Source of the DNA: an uncultured Candidatus Actinomarinales bacterium
GTDB taxonomy: Bacteria; Actinomycetota; Acidimicrobiia; Actinomarinales; Actinomarinaceae
NCBI GenBank assembly: GCA_943789065.1
Contig: CALSSQ010000001.1
Location: 523,827-587,826, forward strand
DNA: 64,000 bases
Direction of reading: 5' to 3'
Shown: positions 29,693 to 39,033 of the stretch, one piece after another
Position numbering within the stretch: the first letter of the stretch is position 1
Layout: the number at the start of each line of letters is the position of its first letter
Translations under genes and position numbers: made by a program
The notes under the pieces: generated by a model
The model's input: only the letters and a program-made list of their open reading frames with translations
Databases searched by the model: none
Told to the model about the DNA's origin: nothing

Positions 29693-30788
29693 TGTATAAC
29701 GTTTCATTATGCGCCAAAGATAGTCCAATAAAAATTGAAACCATTGCAGTTCCTCCATACGAAATGAAAGGGAGTACTATCCCTGTAATTGGAAGAAGTC
29801 CAACAGCACCTCCAAGATTGATGATGGTTTGTAAACCAACCCAGGTTCCAAGTCCAACTAGTATTAGTTTTTTAAAACTATTGTCTGTTGTTAAAGCCAT
29901 GCCATAGAAAGATATTATTAAAATTAAAAATATTATTGTAAGTATTAATATACCAATAAATCCATATTCTTCACCAGTAATAGAAACAATAAAATCAGTA
30001 TATGCGTTTGGCAGCATCCCCCACCTAGCTCTAGATGTACCTGGCCCTAGTCCGGTCAGTCCTCCAGAACTAATTGCAATCCAACTTTGATTTAGCTGAA
30101 AACAATCTCCAAGTAAATCAACACCTTCTTGACATTTACCAGTTACAAAAGTTTCAATTCTCTGACGTCTGTAATCTGAAGCATTTGCGAATAAATAAAG
30201 AGGAAATACTGATAGCGATAATATTGCTGCTGGATATCTTGCTTTGATATCTGAAAATACGATCTGAACAAAAAAAATGCCTAATATTGTTAATGTTGTT
30301 CCATAATCGGGTTCTAAATAAATTAAGAAACAACAGACAATTGGTAACAGTATTGCGCGTTGTAAATAGTACCTATGAGAGTGTTCATTTTTTAATTCAG
30401 ATAATTTATGGGCAACCCATAAAATAATTATTGGTTTTGCAAACTCACTTGGCTGAAAATATACGGGCCCTAAGTCTATCCATCTCCTACTTCCGCCTAC
30501 TACTACCCCATATGCAAGTACTAAAAAAAGTGAAAGTGTTATAAGAACTATAAAAGTGTTAGAAAATTTTAAAATGAATTTATATGAGAGGCTTTTCACT
30601 AAGTTGAAAATAATTATTCCAATTACCAAAGAGGCCACGTGACGCTTAATAAAATAAAAATTATCGTCGTATTGATTTAGACCTTGTACTGAAGAAGCTG
30701 ATATTTGTAAAAGTAGACCGAATGTAACTAGAAACCAAATTGCGTATAAATTCATTTTCTTAAAAAAAGTATTACTAATATTAATCAT
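29685..30788 (-). CDS. ftsW: Peptidoglycan polymerase FtsW (SEDS)
   Basis: GSRRWI, FQPSEFAK, EPDYGT, LPNAYTDFI, GEEYG, LPFISYGG. Confidence 0.95.
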   Translation of the reverse strand: MINISNTFFKKMNLYAIWFLVTFGLLLQISASSVQGLNQYDDNFYFIKRHVASLVIGIIIFNLVKSLSYKFILKFSNTFIVLITLSLFLVLAYGVVVGGSRRWIDLGPVYFQPSEFAKPIIILWVAHKLSELKNEHSHRYYLQRAILLPIVCCFLIYLEPDYGTTLTILGIFFVQIVFSDIKARYPAAILSLSVFPLYLFANASDYRRQRIETFVTGKCQEGVDLLGDCFQLNQSWIAISSGGLTGLGPGTSRARWGMLPNAYTDFIVSITGEEYGFIGILILTIIFLILIISFYGMALTTDNSFKKLILVGLGTWVGLQTIINLGGAVGLLPITGIVLPFISYGGTAMVSIFIGLSLAHNETLYNE

Positions 30789-31992
30789 TTTGAAGCCCCA
30801 TGCTTAATATTATATTTTTGAAATAATCGCCTCTTATTTTATAATTTTCGAAGTCATTAAAACTCGACCCACCACAGGAAAATAAAACTATCTGATTACT
30901 ACTTATCATTGATGATAATAATTTTTTCAATTGGTAAATATCATCTATATAAATGATATCAGCTTTATGACTACCAAGATTAACATTCATACCCTTTGGA
31001 ATTATTATATGTTTAAAAGTTGGGTCAATATTTAACTTATTTTGCACTGTTTCCTTTGTGATGCCATGAAGTATTAAAATACCTTCCTCATCACAGCCGG
31101 AAAATAGCTTACTTCCTTCAGATACAGCATGATAATTTGTTGCTTTAGAATCATTAATAAATGTAAGATTTTTACCCTTAACCCTCAAGAACTGTTCCAT
31201 TCTATGTTCGTAGTTCATTTCGTTATATTTTATATAATCAATAAACCTTTCATACAAAACCCTTCCACCAATTTTCTTTACTGTTTCGGAGAGAGCTGAT
31301 AGTAGTTCCTTGTGAATTTTTATATTATGATTATTTAAATTGGCATCATCAGAAAGGTTTTTTTCGATTATTCCATAATTGGATCCAATTATTTTTCTAT
31401 CCATTTTTTTATTAGTTAAAAAACTTAATATTTTTACCTTTGAATTTGCATAGTTCTCAATATTTTGATGCCAATCAATATGATCTGGGAAAATATTAAG
31501 AATGACTGCTAAATCAAGATTTAAAATATTTGTGTAATGTAGCTGGTAACTAGAAAGCTCTAGAACCAAATACTCATATTTATTTTCTAAGATTTCTAGA
31601 GGAGACACTCCTATGTTGCCAGCAGAAAAAGAGGTAATACCATTAATATTTAAAAATTTAACAAGTTCACTTACAAAAGTTGTTTTACCATTTGTTCCTG
31701 TAACACCAATAACCTTACCGGTATAGTTCATAGCAAAAATGTCAATATCTGTCTTAATTGGAACTTTTTTATCCAGAAATTGTTGTACAAGATGATGATC
31801 TGGTCTTAACCCAGGTGAGATTATTACCTCGTCAATAGAATCTAAATATTTTTTATTGAAGATTTTCGAGTTTTCTACTTTCTTGAGCTCACTGTCGTCA
31901 TCATCGTGTATAAGATAGTCAGCACCTATTTTGTTTAAATAATTTTCTACTGATTTTCCAGTTACACCATAACCAAGAATTAAATATTTCAA
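30781..31992 (-). CDS. murD: UDP-MurNAc-L-Ala--D-Glu ligase
   Basis: ISPG, GVTGTNGKTT, ELSSYQL, DHIDWH, NDSKATN; divergent C-terminus. Confidence 0.92.
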   Translation of the reverse strand: MKYLILGYGVTGKSVENYLNKIGADYLIHDDDDSELKKVENSKIFNKKYLDSIDEVIISPGLRPDHHLVQQFLDKKVPIKTDIDIFAMNYTGKVIGVTGTNGKTTFVSELVKFLNINGITSFSAGNIGVSPLEILENKYEYLVLELSSYQLHYTNILNLDLAVILNIFPDHIDWHQNIENYANSKVKILSFLTNKKMDRKIIGSNYGIIEKNLSDDANLNNHNIKIHKELLSALSETVKKIGGRVLYERFIDYIKYNEMNYEHRMEQFLRVKGKNLTFINDSKATNYHAVSEGSKLFSGCDEEGILILHGITKETVQNKLNIDPTFKHIIIPKGMNVNLGSHKADIIYIDDIYQLKKLLSSMISSNQIVLFSCGGSSFNDFENYKIRGDYFKNIILSMGLQND

Positions 31993-33051
31993 TTAGTTAC
32001 CAAATAAAACCCAGTCACCATAGAAGAGACCGAGCGCTATCACAACAAAGATTCCGTTAACTATCCAAAATCTAACTATTATTGTAGTTTCAGCCCAATT
32101 GTTCATCTCAAAGTGGTGATGTAAAGGAGCCATCTTAAAAACCCTTGTTCCACGAATCTTAAATGATGCTACTTGAATAATTACTGACAAAGCCTCTACT
32201 ACATACAACATACAAATAAAAAATATGAGTGCATCTGCGCCAATTGCGAAAAAAATAATTGGAAACATGGCCCCAATGAAATGTGATCCAACATCTCCCA
32301 TTATTATTTTTGCAGGATTTGTATTCCACCATAAGAAACCAAGACACGACCCTGCTATTGATGAGACTAAAATTGACAAATCTAATGAAAGAAAAGCATC
32401 GTTCATAAAATTCGTATAGTAATTCTGATGTCTAAATATCCAGAAGGTCATAACTAGAACTCCGCCAAATGAAACAGTTGAAGTACCTGCAACTAATCCA
32501 TCTAAACCATCAGTTAAGTTAACGGCGTTTGTAAAGCCAACGATAAAAAGTACAATTATAAACCACTTAGCAATACCTATATCAACTCCAAAACCACTAA
32601 AAAGGTAGAGAGTGGTACTTAAATCCCAAGTGTAAAAATAATAACTAATTATTGATGCAACAATAATCTGCAAAATTATTTTGTTTTTAGCATTTAGGCC
32701 TAAATTTCTACCTTGTTGGACTTTTAAGAAATCATCTATAAACCCTACTGATGCCATTAAAGTTCCAAATAGTAATAGAGAAAGTACTTCCGGGACTATA
32801 TAATCAATCTCCACTTTAAATCCTTGACCAATTGTCCAAAAATTAATATGTGCAATTAAAAAACCAAAAAAAGTACCAGCAGCAATAAAAACTCCTCCCA
32901 TGGTTGGTGTCCCTTTTTTGTGGTCATGAAAATTTAGCTCTTCTTGAATTGACTGTCCTATATTTTTTGATTTAAATAAATTAGTACCTATTGCAGTAAA
33001 TAATAAAACAAATAAGAAACTCAATCCTCCAGAAACTATTGTTGCTATCAT
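31993..33051 (-). CDS. mraY: Phospho-N-acetylmuramoyl-pentapeptide transferase
   Basis: KKGTPTMGG, GFIDD, NAVNLTDGLDGL, MGDVGS, MAPLHHHFE. Confidence 0.97.
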   Translation of the reverse strand: MIATIVSGGLSFLFVLLFTAIGTNLFKSKNIGQSIQEELNFHDHKKGTPTMGGVFIAAGTFFGFLIAHINFWTIGQGFKVEIDYIVPEVLSLLLFGTLMASVGFIDDFLKVQQGRNLGLNAKNKIILQIIVASIISYYFYTWDLSTTLYLFSGFGVDIGIAKWFIIVLFIVGFTNAVNLTDGLDGLVAGTSTVSFGGVLVMTFWIFRHQNYYTNFMNDAFLSLDLSILVSSIAGSCLGFLWWNTNPAKIIMGDVGSHFIGAMFPIIFFAIGADALIFFICMLYVVEALSVIIQVASFKIRGTRVFKMAPLHHHFEMNNWAETTIIVRFWIVNGIFVVIALGLFYGDWVLFGN

Positions 33052-34463
33052 TTCATATCTTTAATTAAATTACTTATCATTACAGAATCATCGAAATCTA
33101 CAAACCCCTTGTTAAGTTCTTGTTTACTTTCATGTCCTTTACCTAATACTAATAGAACAGATTTACCCAGAAGTGAATCCAGACCTTTCTTTAAAGCTGC
33201 CTTTCTATCTAGAACAATCTCTACTTTTTTATTTAAATCTACTCCTTCAAGAATTTCTTTTGCGATTGTCATTGGATCTTCTTTTCTGGGATTGTCATTT
33301 GTAATGATTATCTGATCAGCTTTGTTAGCGGCTTTTCCCATATTCACTCTTTTGTATGAATCCCTGTTTCCCCCCGCTCCAAAGACAATAATAATTTTTT
33401 CATATTTTTCTAGAACTACTTCTATTGCTTTATCTATTGCTTCGGGTGTATGTGCGTAATCAACATAAACATCATTATCTAAATAAGTAAATTTTTCAAA
33501 TCTACCTTTTGGATTTTTAATATTAACGGTTTCTAATAGAATTCTATCTATCGATAATGTATCTGAAAAGTGCGCCATACCAACAGCTAATAAATAATTC
33601 ATTTCACAATTAGGACCTATAAATGGAAGTATTACGCTGTAATCGTGATTATCAATCTTAAAGCTGACAAGAGTATTGCTTTCAGAACTTTTTATTTCCT
33701 TAATGAACATATCATTTTCTTTTTTAAAACCAATACTCCACGATTCTCCATTAACCTCTTTGTTCAGTCTTGTACCCCAATCTTCGTCTATGAATACATA
33801 CTGTTTAGAAAGATTTTTATTAAATAGTTTTTTCTTAGCATCAAAATAAGTGTCAATATTGTCGTGGTAGTCAAAGTGATCCTGTGAAAGGTTTGTAAAT
33901 CCTGAAACTAAGAATTTCATTCCTTTAAGTCGATTTTGGTCTAATGCATGTGAGGAGACTTCTAAAACTATATTATTAATATGCGTATATTCTTTTTTTC
34001 TCAATAATTTAAATATGTTAAAAAGCTTTGGTGTTGTAAGGTGTTCCTCTTTCGTTATGTCCTTGAATAAATAGTCCTCTGTTGTTCCTATAAAGAGAGA
34101 GTCCTCACCTAGTAGCTGGTTGAGATAATATCCAGTGGTAGTTTTGCCATTAGTGCCTGTGAGTCCGAAAAAGTTTTTATCCACATATTCTGGGTACATT
34201 TTTTTTATGACATGATTAAACACATCTTCATAATTTTCGAATTTAACAACCTTTTCAGATTCAATATCACAATTTATAGAAGTAATTATTAATTTAGCTT
34301 TTTTATTAATAGCTTCAGTCACATATTTATTTAATTTTGTTCTATTGTTTAAATTAATAATTAAAACACAGTCTTCAAACACATCAAGAGTACTATTTAC
34401 TAAATTATCAAGATTTATATCCAAATCATTGAAAATTTGAATTTCTTTAGAAATATCCATCAT
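33048..34463 (-). CDS. murE: UDP-MurNAc-dipeptide--diamino acid ligase (DNPR motif, meso-DAP type)
   Basis: GLTGTNGKTT, LTTP, EVSSHAL, TNLSQDHFDYH, DYAHTP, DNPR, GKGHE. Confidence 0.95.
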   Translation of the reverse strand: MMDISKEIQIFNDLDINLDNLVNSTLDVFEDCVLIINLNNRTKLNKYVTEAINKKAKLIITSINCDIESEKVVKFENYEDVFNHVIKKMYPEYVDKNFFGLTGTNGKTTTGYYLNQLLGEDSLFIGTTEDYLFKDITKEEHLTTPKLFNIFKLLRKKEYTHINNIVLEVSSHALDQNRLKGMKFLVSGFTNLSQDHFDYHDNIDTYFDAKKKLFNKNLSKQYVFIDEDWGTRLNKEVNGESWSIGFKKENDMFIKEIKSSESNTLVSFKIDNHDYSVILPFIGPNCEMNYLLAVGMAHFSDTLSIDRILLETVNIKNPKGRFEKFTYLDNDVYVDYAHTPEAIDKAIEVVLEKYEKIIIVFGAGGNRDSYKRVNMGKAANKADQIIITNDNPRKEDPMTIAKEILEGVDLNKKVEIVLDRKAALKKGLDSLLGKSVLLVLGKGHESKQELNKGFVDFDDSVMISNLIKDMK

Positions 34464-36136
34464 TCACCTGGAACTAGATAACTCACGATAGTTTTAAAAA
34501 TCGGAGCAGCTGTAGAACCTCCTGTAACATATTCAGAACGTGGAGAAATTTCAGCACCCCATAGTAAAACAGATCCAACTACAGGTCCTTCATCAGTTTC
34601 GATAAATCCAGTAAAAGATGTATTGAATCTAGAATTTGAATAACCAATCCCTTCGATGTGTGTCCTACTTGTACCTGTCTTACCGCCGATTGTATAATTA
34701 TCCATTCTTAGGGACTTACCCGTACCATTTTTTCCCTCGACTACATTAATTAATAATTCTTTGAGCTTCATTGCTGTTGATTCTGAAATAATCTCAGTTG
34801 AACTTTTATTATTACTTATTCCTCTAGTCAAAGTTAAGTCTACATTTTTTCCACCATTAGCAATAATGCTATAAGCTTTTACCATTTGATATTGAGAAAC
34901 ATCAATTGAGTATCCTATTGAAAGTGAGCTTAGACATGTTTTACAAGTATTATATTCCGTAAAGCCTCCCCTAGTTTCACCAGATAATTCAACTCCGGTT
35001 TTTTCAGAAAAGCCAAACTTTTTTAAAAATTCTTCAATATCATTTATATCTGAACTTTGAGTTGCAAGAATTGTTCCAACGTTTGATGATCTCTCAATTA
35101 TTTCCTTTACAGATAAAATATATTTCTCGTGCTTAAGAAAGTCATGAAAGCAACCTTTATCCTTTCCTTTGTAATTTATAGCACATGAACCATTGATAAT
35201 TTCAATTTGATCCTCAACTTCAAATGTTGTTGTTGCTTGAATTAGGTTGTTTTCTATTGCTGAGCCAATTGTGAAGATTTTTAGTGCTGATCCAGGTTCA
35301 TAATTAGCTCTTCCGCTAATGAGATTTATATTAAAATTTTCAGTTTCAGGGGATTTTTTTTCTGCAGAGATAATGATCTCCCCACTGAGAGCATTAGCAA
35401 ATACAACTGAACAATTGTATGCTTTTGTTTCGGTTAATGCTTGTGCGCAAAGATTCTCACTTAAATACTGTAGATCACCATCTATAGAAAGTATTATGTC
35501 ATCACCATGGACAGGTTGTATTGTACTTATTTCTCCTTGAGGAATAATCGATCCATTAGGGGCAGCCTCATATCTTAACTCTCCATTTCTACCAGTAAGT
35601 AAAGTGTCGTAATATAGCTCAAGACCCTCGATTCCGTTATTGTCTGGGTCTACTCTTCCAACAATATTCTGAAGCGAATTCGAGTGTAATATTCTTTTAG
35701 ACGATAACTCCGGGTAAAGGCCCTTATAGTTCCAACTTTTAATTTCTTTTCCTATTTCAAAATCAACATTTCTTTTAATATAAAAATATGAATTTCTAGA
35801 TTCAAGCTCACTTAAAATTTTATTTTCTTCCATGTCTAAAAATAATGAAAGTACTTCAGATAGTTCTTCTTTCTCTGAGACCTCATTTGGTCGGATACCA
35901 ATATTATAAGACTGGACACTACTAGAGATAACATTAAGGTTTCTGTCGTAAATAGATCCTCTTGCTGCTTCTAAAACCTCTACTTTTTCTCTATATGACA
36001 AAGCTTGGTTCTGAAAATATTCAGATTTGGAAAATTGAAGATCGTAAACAGTTGATATAAAAAGTGCTGCACCAGTTAGGAAAGTTGCATTGACAAGTAT
36101 GAATAATAGAATCTCCTTCACTTTTTTAAAGTTCAT
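34460..36136 (-). CDS. ftsI: Class B penicillin-binding protein FtsI
   Basis: RGSIYDRN, GIEGLE, SxxK (EPGSALK), SxN (RSSN), KTG (GGKTGT). Confidence 0.93.
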   Translation of the reverse strand: MNFKKVKEILLFILVNATFLTGAALFISTVYDLQFSKSEYFQNQALSYREKVEVLEAARGSIYDRNLNVISSSVQSYNIGIRPNEVSEKEELSEVLSLFLDMEENKILSELESRNSYFYIKRNVDFEIGKEIKSWNYKGLYPELSSKRILHSNSLQNIVGRVDPDNNGIEGLELYYDTLLTGRNGELRYEAAPNGSIIPQGEISTIQPVHGDDIILSIDGDLQYLSENLCAQALTETKAYNCSVVFANALSGEIIISAEKKSPETENFNINLISGRANYEPGSALKIFTIGSAIENNLIQATTTFEVEDQIEIINGSCAINYKGKDKGCFHDFLKHEKYILSVKEIIERSSNVGTILATQSSDINDIEEFLKKFGFSEKTGVELSGETRGGFTEYNTCKTCLSSLSIGYSIDVSQYQMVKAYSIIANGGKNVDLTLTRGISNNKSSTEIISESTAMKLKELLINVVEGKNGTGKSLRMDNYTIGGKTGTSRTHIEGIGYSNSRFNTSFTGFIETDEGPVVGSVLLWGAEISPRSEYVTGGSTAAPIFKTIVSYLVPGE

Positions 36137-36456
36137 TTACCAAACCCTAAAACTGTTGTAGCATCTCTATTTTCAGACATAGATTTATACGGCGCAAATA
36201 AATCTCTGCTTGTTTGTTGGATATCTAGTCTGGTATATGCATTATTTTTAGAAAGTAAATCAATATTTTGTATTGAATAATTTTCAATATAGAGCACGTG
36301 GGTAGTTTGTTTTTCTCTCTCTAGTTCAATTATTTCAAGATTTAACTGATTAAGTTCTGAAGAAATGGAATTTATTTCTAAATTTAAATATAAATTAAAA
36401 ATTACAGAAAATACAATTGCAATGAACGTACTACGAAAAATTAGTTTTCTACTCAT
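36133..36456 (-). CDS. ftsL: Probable cell division protein FtsL
   Basis: Single TM followed by a leucine heptad coiled coil; lies between rsmH and ftsI (mainly positional evidence). Confidence 0.65.
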   Translation of the reverse strand: MSRKLIFRSTFIAIVFSVIFNLYLNLEINSISSELNQLNLEIIELEREKQTTHVLYIENYSIQNIDLLSKNNAYTRLDIQQTSRDLFAPYKSMSENRDATTVLGFGK

Positions 36457-37370
36457 AGCTTTATCACAGATCTCATAATTGCCGACTTTGATCGTGGGTT
36501 GGAAGATATCTCTTCTGGACTAGGTGTATATTTTTTCTTCTTTAAATAACGAAATTCTTGTTCTATATCACAGTTGCATATAGGAGCTTTTGGATCACAA
36601 ATACAATCAATCGTTAAGTTTTGCATAAAATTTTTTACAATTTTATCTTCAAGTGAATGATAGGAAATACATATAATTGCACCATCAGTGCTGATATGTC
36701 CCTTTATGTCAGTTAAAGATTTTTTTATCTCCGATAACTCATCATTTACTTCAATCCTTAAACCTTGAAATATTCTTCTTATGGTTTTATTTGTGAATAT
36801 TGGATTTTGTCGTGGAATTGCATCCTTAATTAAACTAACTAACTCGAAAGTTGTATTTACTGGTCGAAGCTCTACAATTTTCTCTGCTATTTTGAATGCA
36901 TACTTCTCTTCGCTGTAATTATTGAACACATTCAATAACTCCTGTAATGTGTAATCGTTAATAACATCCTTGGCAGTTAAATGAGAATCTATATCCATTC
37001 TCATATCTAAATCTGCATTTTGCTGAAACGAAAAACCTCTTTCAGATTTATCAATTTGATGAGACGAAAGACCGAAATCATAAAAAATACCACTTATAGG
37101 TGTTGATTCAGTGTCAATTAGGTAGCGTGAGATTTCAGAAAAATTCAGTTTAATTACATTATCATCATTTTTTTTTGCTGCAATAGCTTCTGGGTCTCTA
37201 TCGAAACCAAGTAAATCTAAATCCTTGTAATCTTTTAATGTTTGAAAATGTGAACCATAACCATAAGTAGCATCTATAAATAATCCTTTTGGGAGTGCCT
37301 TAACTATTGAAGTAACTTCTCCAACCATTACACCACTGTGTGGTAAATACTCTGCCCTGTTTGTATTCAT
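36453..37370 (-). CDS. rsmH: 16S rRNA m4C1402 methyltransferase
   Basis: DATYGYGSH, DFGLSSHQID...RGFSF, LDMRMD, FQGLRIEVNDE, SYHSLED, NPRSKSA. Confidence 0.96.
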   Translation of the reverse strand: MNTNRAEYLPHSGVMVGEVTSIVKALPKGLFIDATYGYGSHFQTLKDYKDLDLLGFDRDPEAIAAKKNDDNVIKLNFSEISRYLIDTESTPISGIFYDFGLSSHQIDKSERGFSFQQNADLDMRMDIDSHLTAKDVINDYTLQELLNVFNNYSEEKYAFKIAEKIVELRPVNTTFELVSLIKDAIPRQNPIFTNKTIRRIFQGLRIEVNDELSEIKKSLTDIKGHISTDGAIICISYHSLEDKIVKNFMQNLTIDCICDPKAPICNCDIEQEFRYLKKKKYTPSPEEISSNPRSKSAIMRSVIKL

Positions 37371-37372
37371 AC

Positions 37373-37449
37373 CCAGCTCTCTAGAACTGGCACCAATTGG
37401 AAAGTTGGGCGGAGTAAGGGTATTCCAATTTAGTTGTCTAGAGAGCTGG
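37373..37449 (-). ncRNA. Structured cis-element upstream of rsmH, mraW RNA motif-like
   Basis: Perfect 13-bp inverted repeat (37373-37385 / 37437-37449) enclosing an 8-bp inverted repeat (37395-37402 / 37423-37430); GC-rich island in the mraZ-rsmH gap. Confidence 0.65.
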
Positions 37450-37457
37450 CTATGAAC

Positions 37458-37883
37458 CTATCCTTTCACTTCATTTATATTCGCAAATGCATCGTCAGAG
37501 TCACTTTGAATTTTCTTCCATGTTTTGGTTGCCCAAATTTCAATAACTGGACCGGATCCCGTAACTGTTACGTCATCATTTTCTTTGATAGCGCTATAAG
37601 CTCTTAAGTTTTCAGGTATTTGTATTCTTCCAGCAGAATCGAGAGAGGAATCCACCGCACCAGAAAATAATGCTCTTCTTAACTGTCTTGAAGTTTTGTC
37701 AGTTGATGGCAGAGAAGCCATCTTCTCAGATTCTTGATTCCAGTTTTTCTTTGTCAGAATTTGTAAGCAGTTGTCGAGTCCCTTAGTAACTACACAGCCC
37801 TGTTGAAGCTCTTTCCTGAACTTAGAAGGTATAACGACTCTACCCTTCGAATCCATTGTATGTTTATATTCACCAAGGAACAC
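37458..37883 (-). CDS. mraZ: Division/cell wall cluster transcriptional repressor MraZ
   Basis: FLGEYKHTMDSKGRVVIPSKFR and LDSAGRIQIP. Start placed at GTG 37883. Confidence 0.96.
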   Translation of the reverse strand: MFLGEYKHTMDSKGRVVIPSKFRKELQQGCVVTKGLDNCLQILTKKNWNQESEKMASLPSTDKTSRQLRRALFSGAVDSSLDSAGRIQIPENLRAYSAIKENDDVTVTGSGPVIEIWATKTWKKIQSDSDDAFANINEVKG

Positions 37884-37900
37884 TTTTCCGCCTTTCGTGC

Positions 37901-37950
37901 CTTGAACCACTCTGTGACATTATATGACACTTTATGACATCTTGCAACAC
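37901..37950 (-). promoter_or_regulatory. dcw promoter (TTGCAA-N17-TATAAT) overlapped by five 10-bp-spaced direct repeats (putative MraZ operator)
   Basis: Minus strand: GTGTTG-CAAG-ATGTCA-TAAA-GTGTCA-TATA-ATGTCA-CAGA-GTGGTT; -35 at 37942-37947, -10 at 37919-37924. Confidence 0.75.
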
Positions 37951-37965
37951 AAAATGATAAAAAAA

Positions 37966-38469
37966 TTATGTAAGGACTAAATACTCTTTCCAATCCGGGT
38001 CAGGATTGTTACCAATAATTGTTTTGATCCAAAAGTTTCCCTCAGGTATTTTTGGATTAATTTTAAGATTCAAACTAGTTTTATTCAATAATTTGTCTGC
38101 TTTTAAAAGATTACATTTTTTACAGCATGCAACTACATTACTCCATTCATGAGAACCACCCTTAGACTTTGGAATAATATGATCTATTGACTCAGCAGCA
38201 TTACTACAGTATTGACAAGCATAAGAGTCCCGTATAAAAATATTTTCCCTATTTAGAGCTACTCTCCTCGCATATGGAGCTTTTACGAAATAAGTCAAAA
38301 CAGCTACTTTTGGAATAGCAACAGATTGGCCAACAGATCTTAATTTTATATCGGATTCTTTAAGAACATTTATTTTTTTACTAAACAAAAGTGCAAGTGC
38401 TCGTTGCGGTGTAGCTAAAGAAAGTGGTTGAAAAGTAGAATTTAATATTAATGTCTTGTGAGTATTCAT
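37966..38469 (-). CDS. HNH endonuclease (conserved actinobacterial type)
   Basis: LILNSTFQPL, RENIFIRDSYACQYC, SIDHIIPKSKGG, WSNVVACCKKCN. Start placed at ATG 38469. Confidence 0.92.
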   Translation of the reverse strand: MNTHKTLILNSTFQPLSLATPQRALALLFSKKINVLKESDIKLRSVGQSVAIPKVAVLTYFVKAPYARRVALNRENIFIRDSYACQYCSNAAESIDHIIPKSKGGSHEWSNVVACCKKCNLLKADKLLNKTSLNLKINPKIPEGNFWIKTIIGNNPDPDWKEYLVLT

Positions 38470-38498
38470 GTTACCCACGGTAAATAGCTCTCAGTGGA

Positions 38499-38990
38499 TT
38501 AAGCTTGCATTTCTTGATTAATGACATCTTCTTCAACTTTAGTTAGTAAGTTTAAAAATCTTTCTTTATCAAGCTCAAATTTTGAGACATCTTCTTTTAC
38601 TTCTTTAGCTATATCATCAATTGTTTCAAAGAATGCAAGTTGTCCAGACTTGAGTGCGTCAAAAACTTGGTCCTCTTCTACAGAGTATATTGTCTCCCCA
38701 TCGGAAACTAACTTTATTTCTGACAGTTCAGAAATAAGATTTCCATTTTTAGATAAGTATTTCCATGCTCGCCTTACTCTTTGAATGCTCATTCCATTAT
38801 CTAAGAGAGTTTTAACCACTCTTAGAGAGACTATGTCTCTGAATGAATAAAGTTTTGGAACACCGGGCTTGCCATTTGAAGACTGAATACTTGGTGAAAC
38901 AAGTTTAACTTTGTCCCAATATCTTAATTGGTGCGATGTGCAACCAGTTAAATAACTCGCTTGCTTTGATGTAAAAGCATCTCTTTTCAA
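38499..38990 (-). CDS. MerR-family transcriptional regulator (Rv1830/McdR-like)
   Basis: QLRYWDKVKLVSPS...LYSFRDIVSLRVVKTLLDNGMSIQRVRRA, LVSDG, LKSGQ; AGGAG SD before a TTG start. Confidence 0.88.
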   Translation of the reverse strand: MKRDAFTSKQASYLTGCTSHQLRYWDKVKLVSPSIQSSNGKPGVPKLYSFRDIVSLRVVKTLLDNGMSIQRVRRAWKYLSKNGNLISELSEIKLVSDGETIYSVEEDQVFDALKSGQLAFFETIDDIAKEVKEDVSKFELDKERFLNLLTKVEEDVINQEMQA

Positions 38991-39033
38991 AACCTTACTC
39001 CTAAATAGTGATGTATATTAAATTTAATTAAAT

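Noticed and set aside
37373..37449. 13-bp inverted repeats as a MITE
   Set aside because: Single copy in the window, no clear target-site duplication, and the position matches a known cis-regulatory RNA locus.
37901..37950. Short direct repeats as a mini-CRISPR or iterons
   Set aside because: 6-bp units at a 10-bp period over a promoter in front of mraZ; no spacers, cas or rep genes.
37966..38478. HNH nuclease as a sign of a mobile element, restriction system or Cas9/IscB-like effector
   Set aside because: Short, stand-alone housekeeping-type HNH; no methyltransferase, RuvC domain, repeat array, ncRNA space or terminal repeats nearby.
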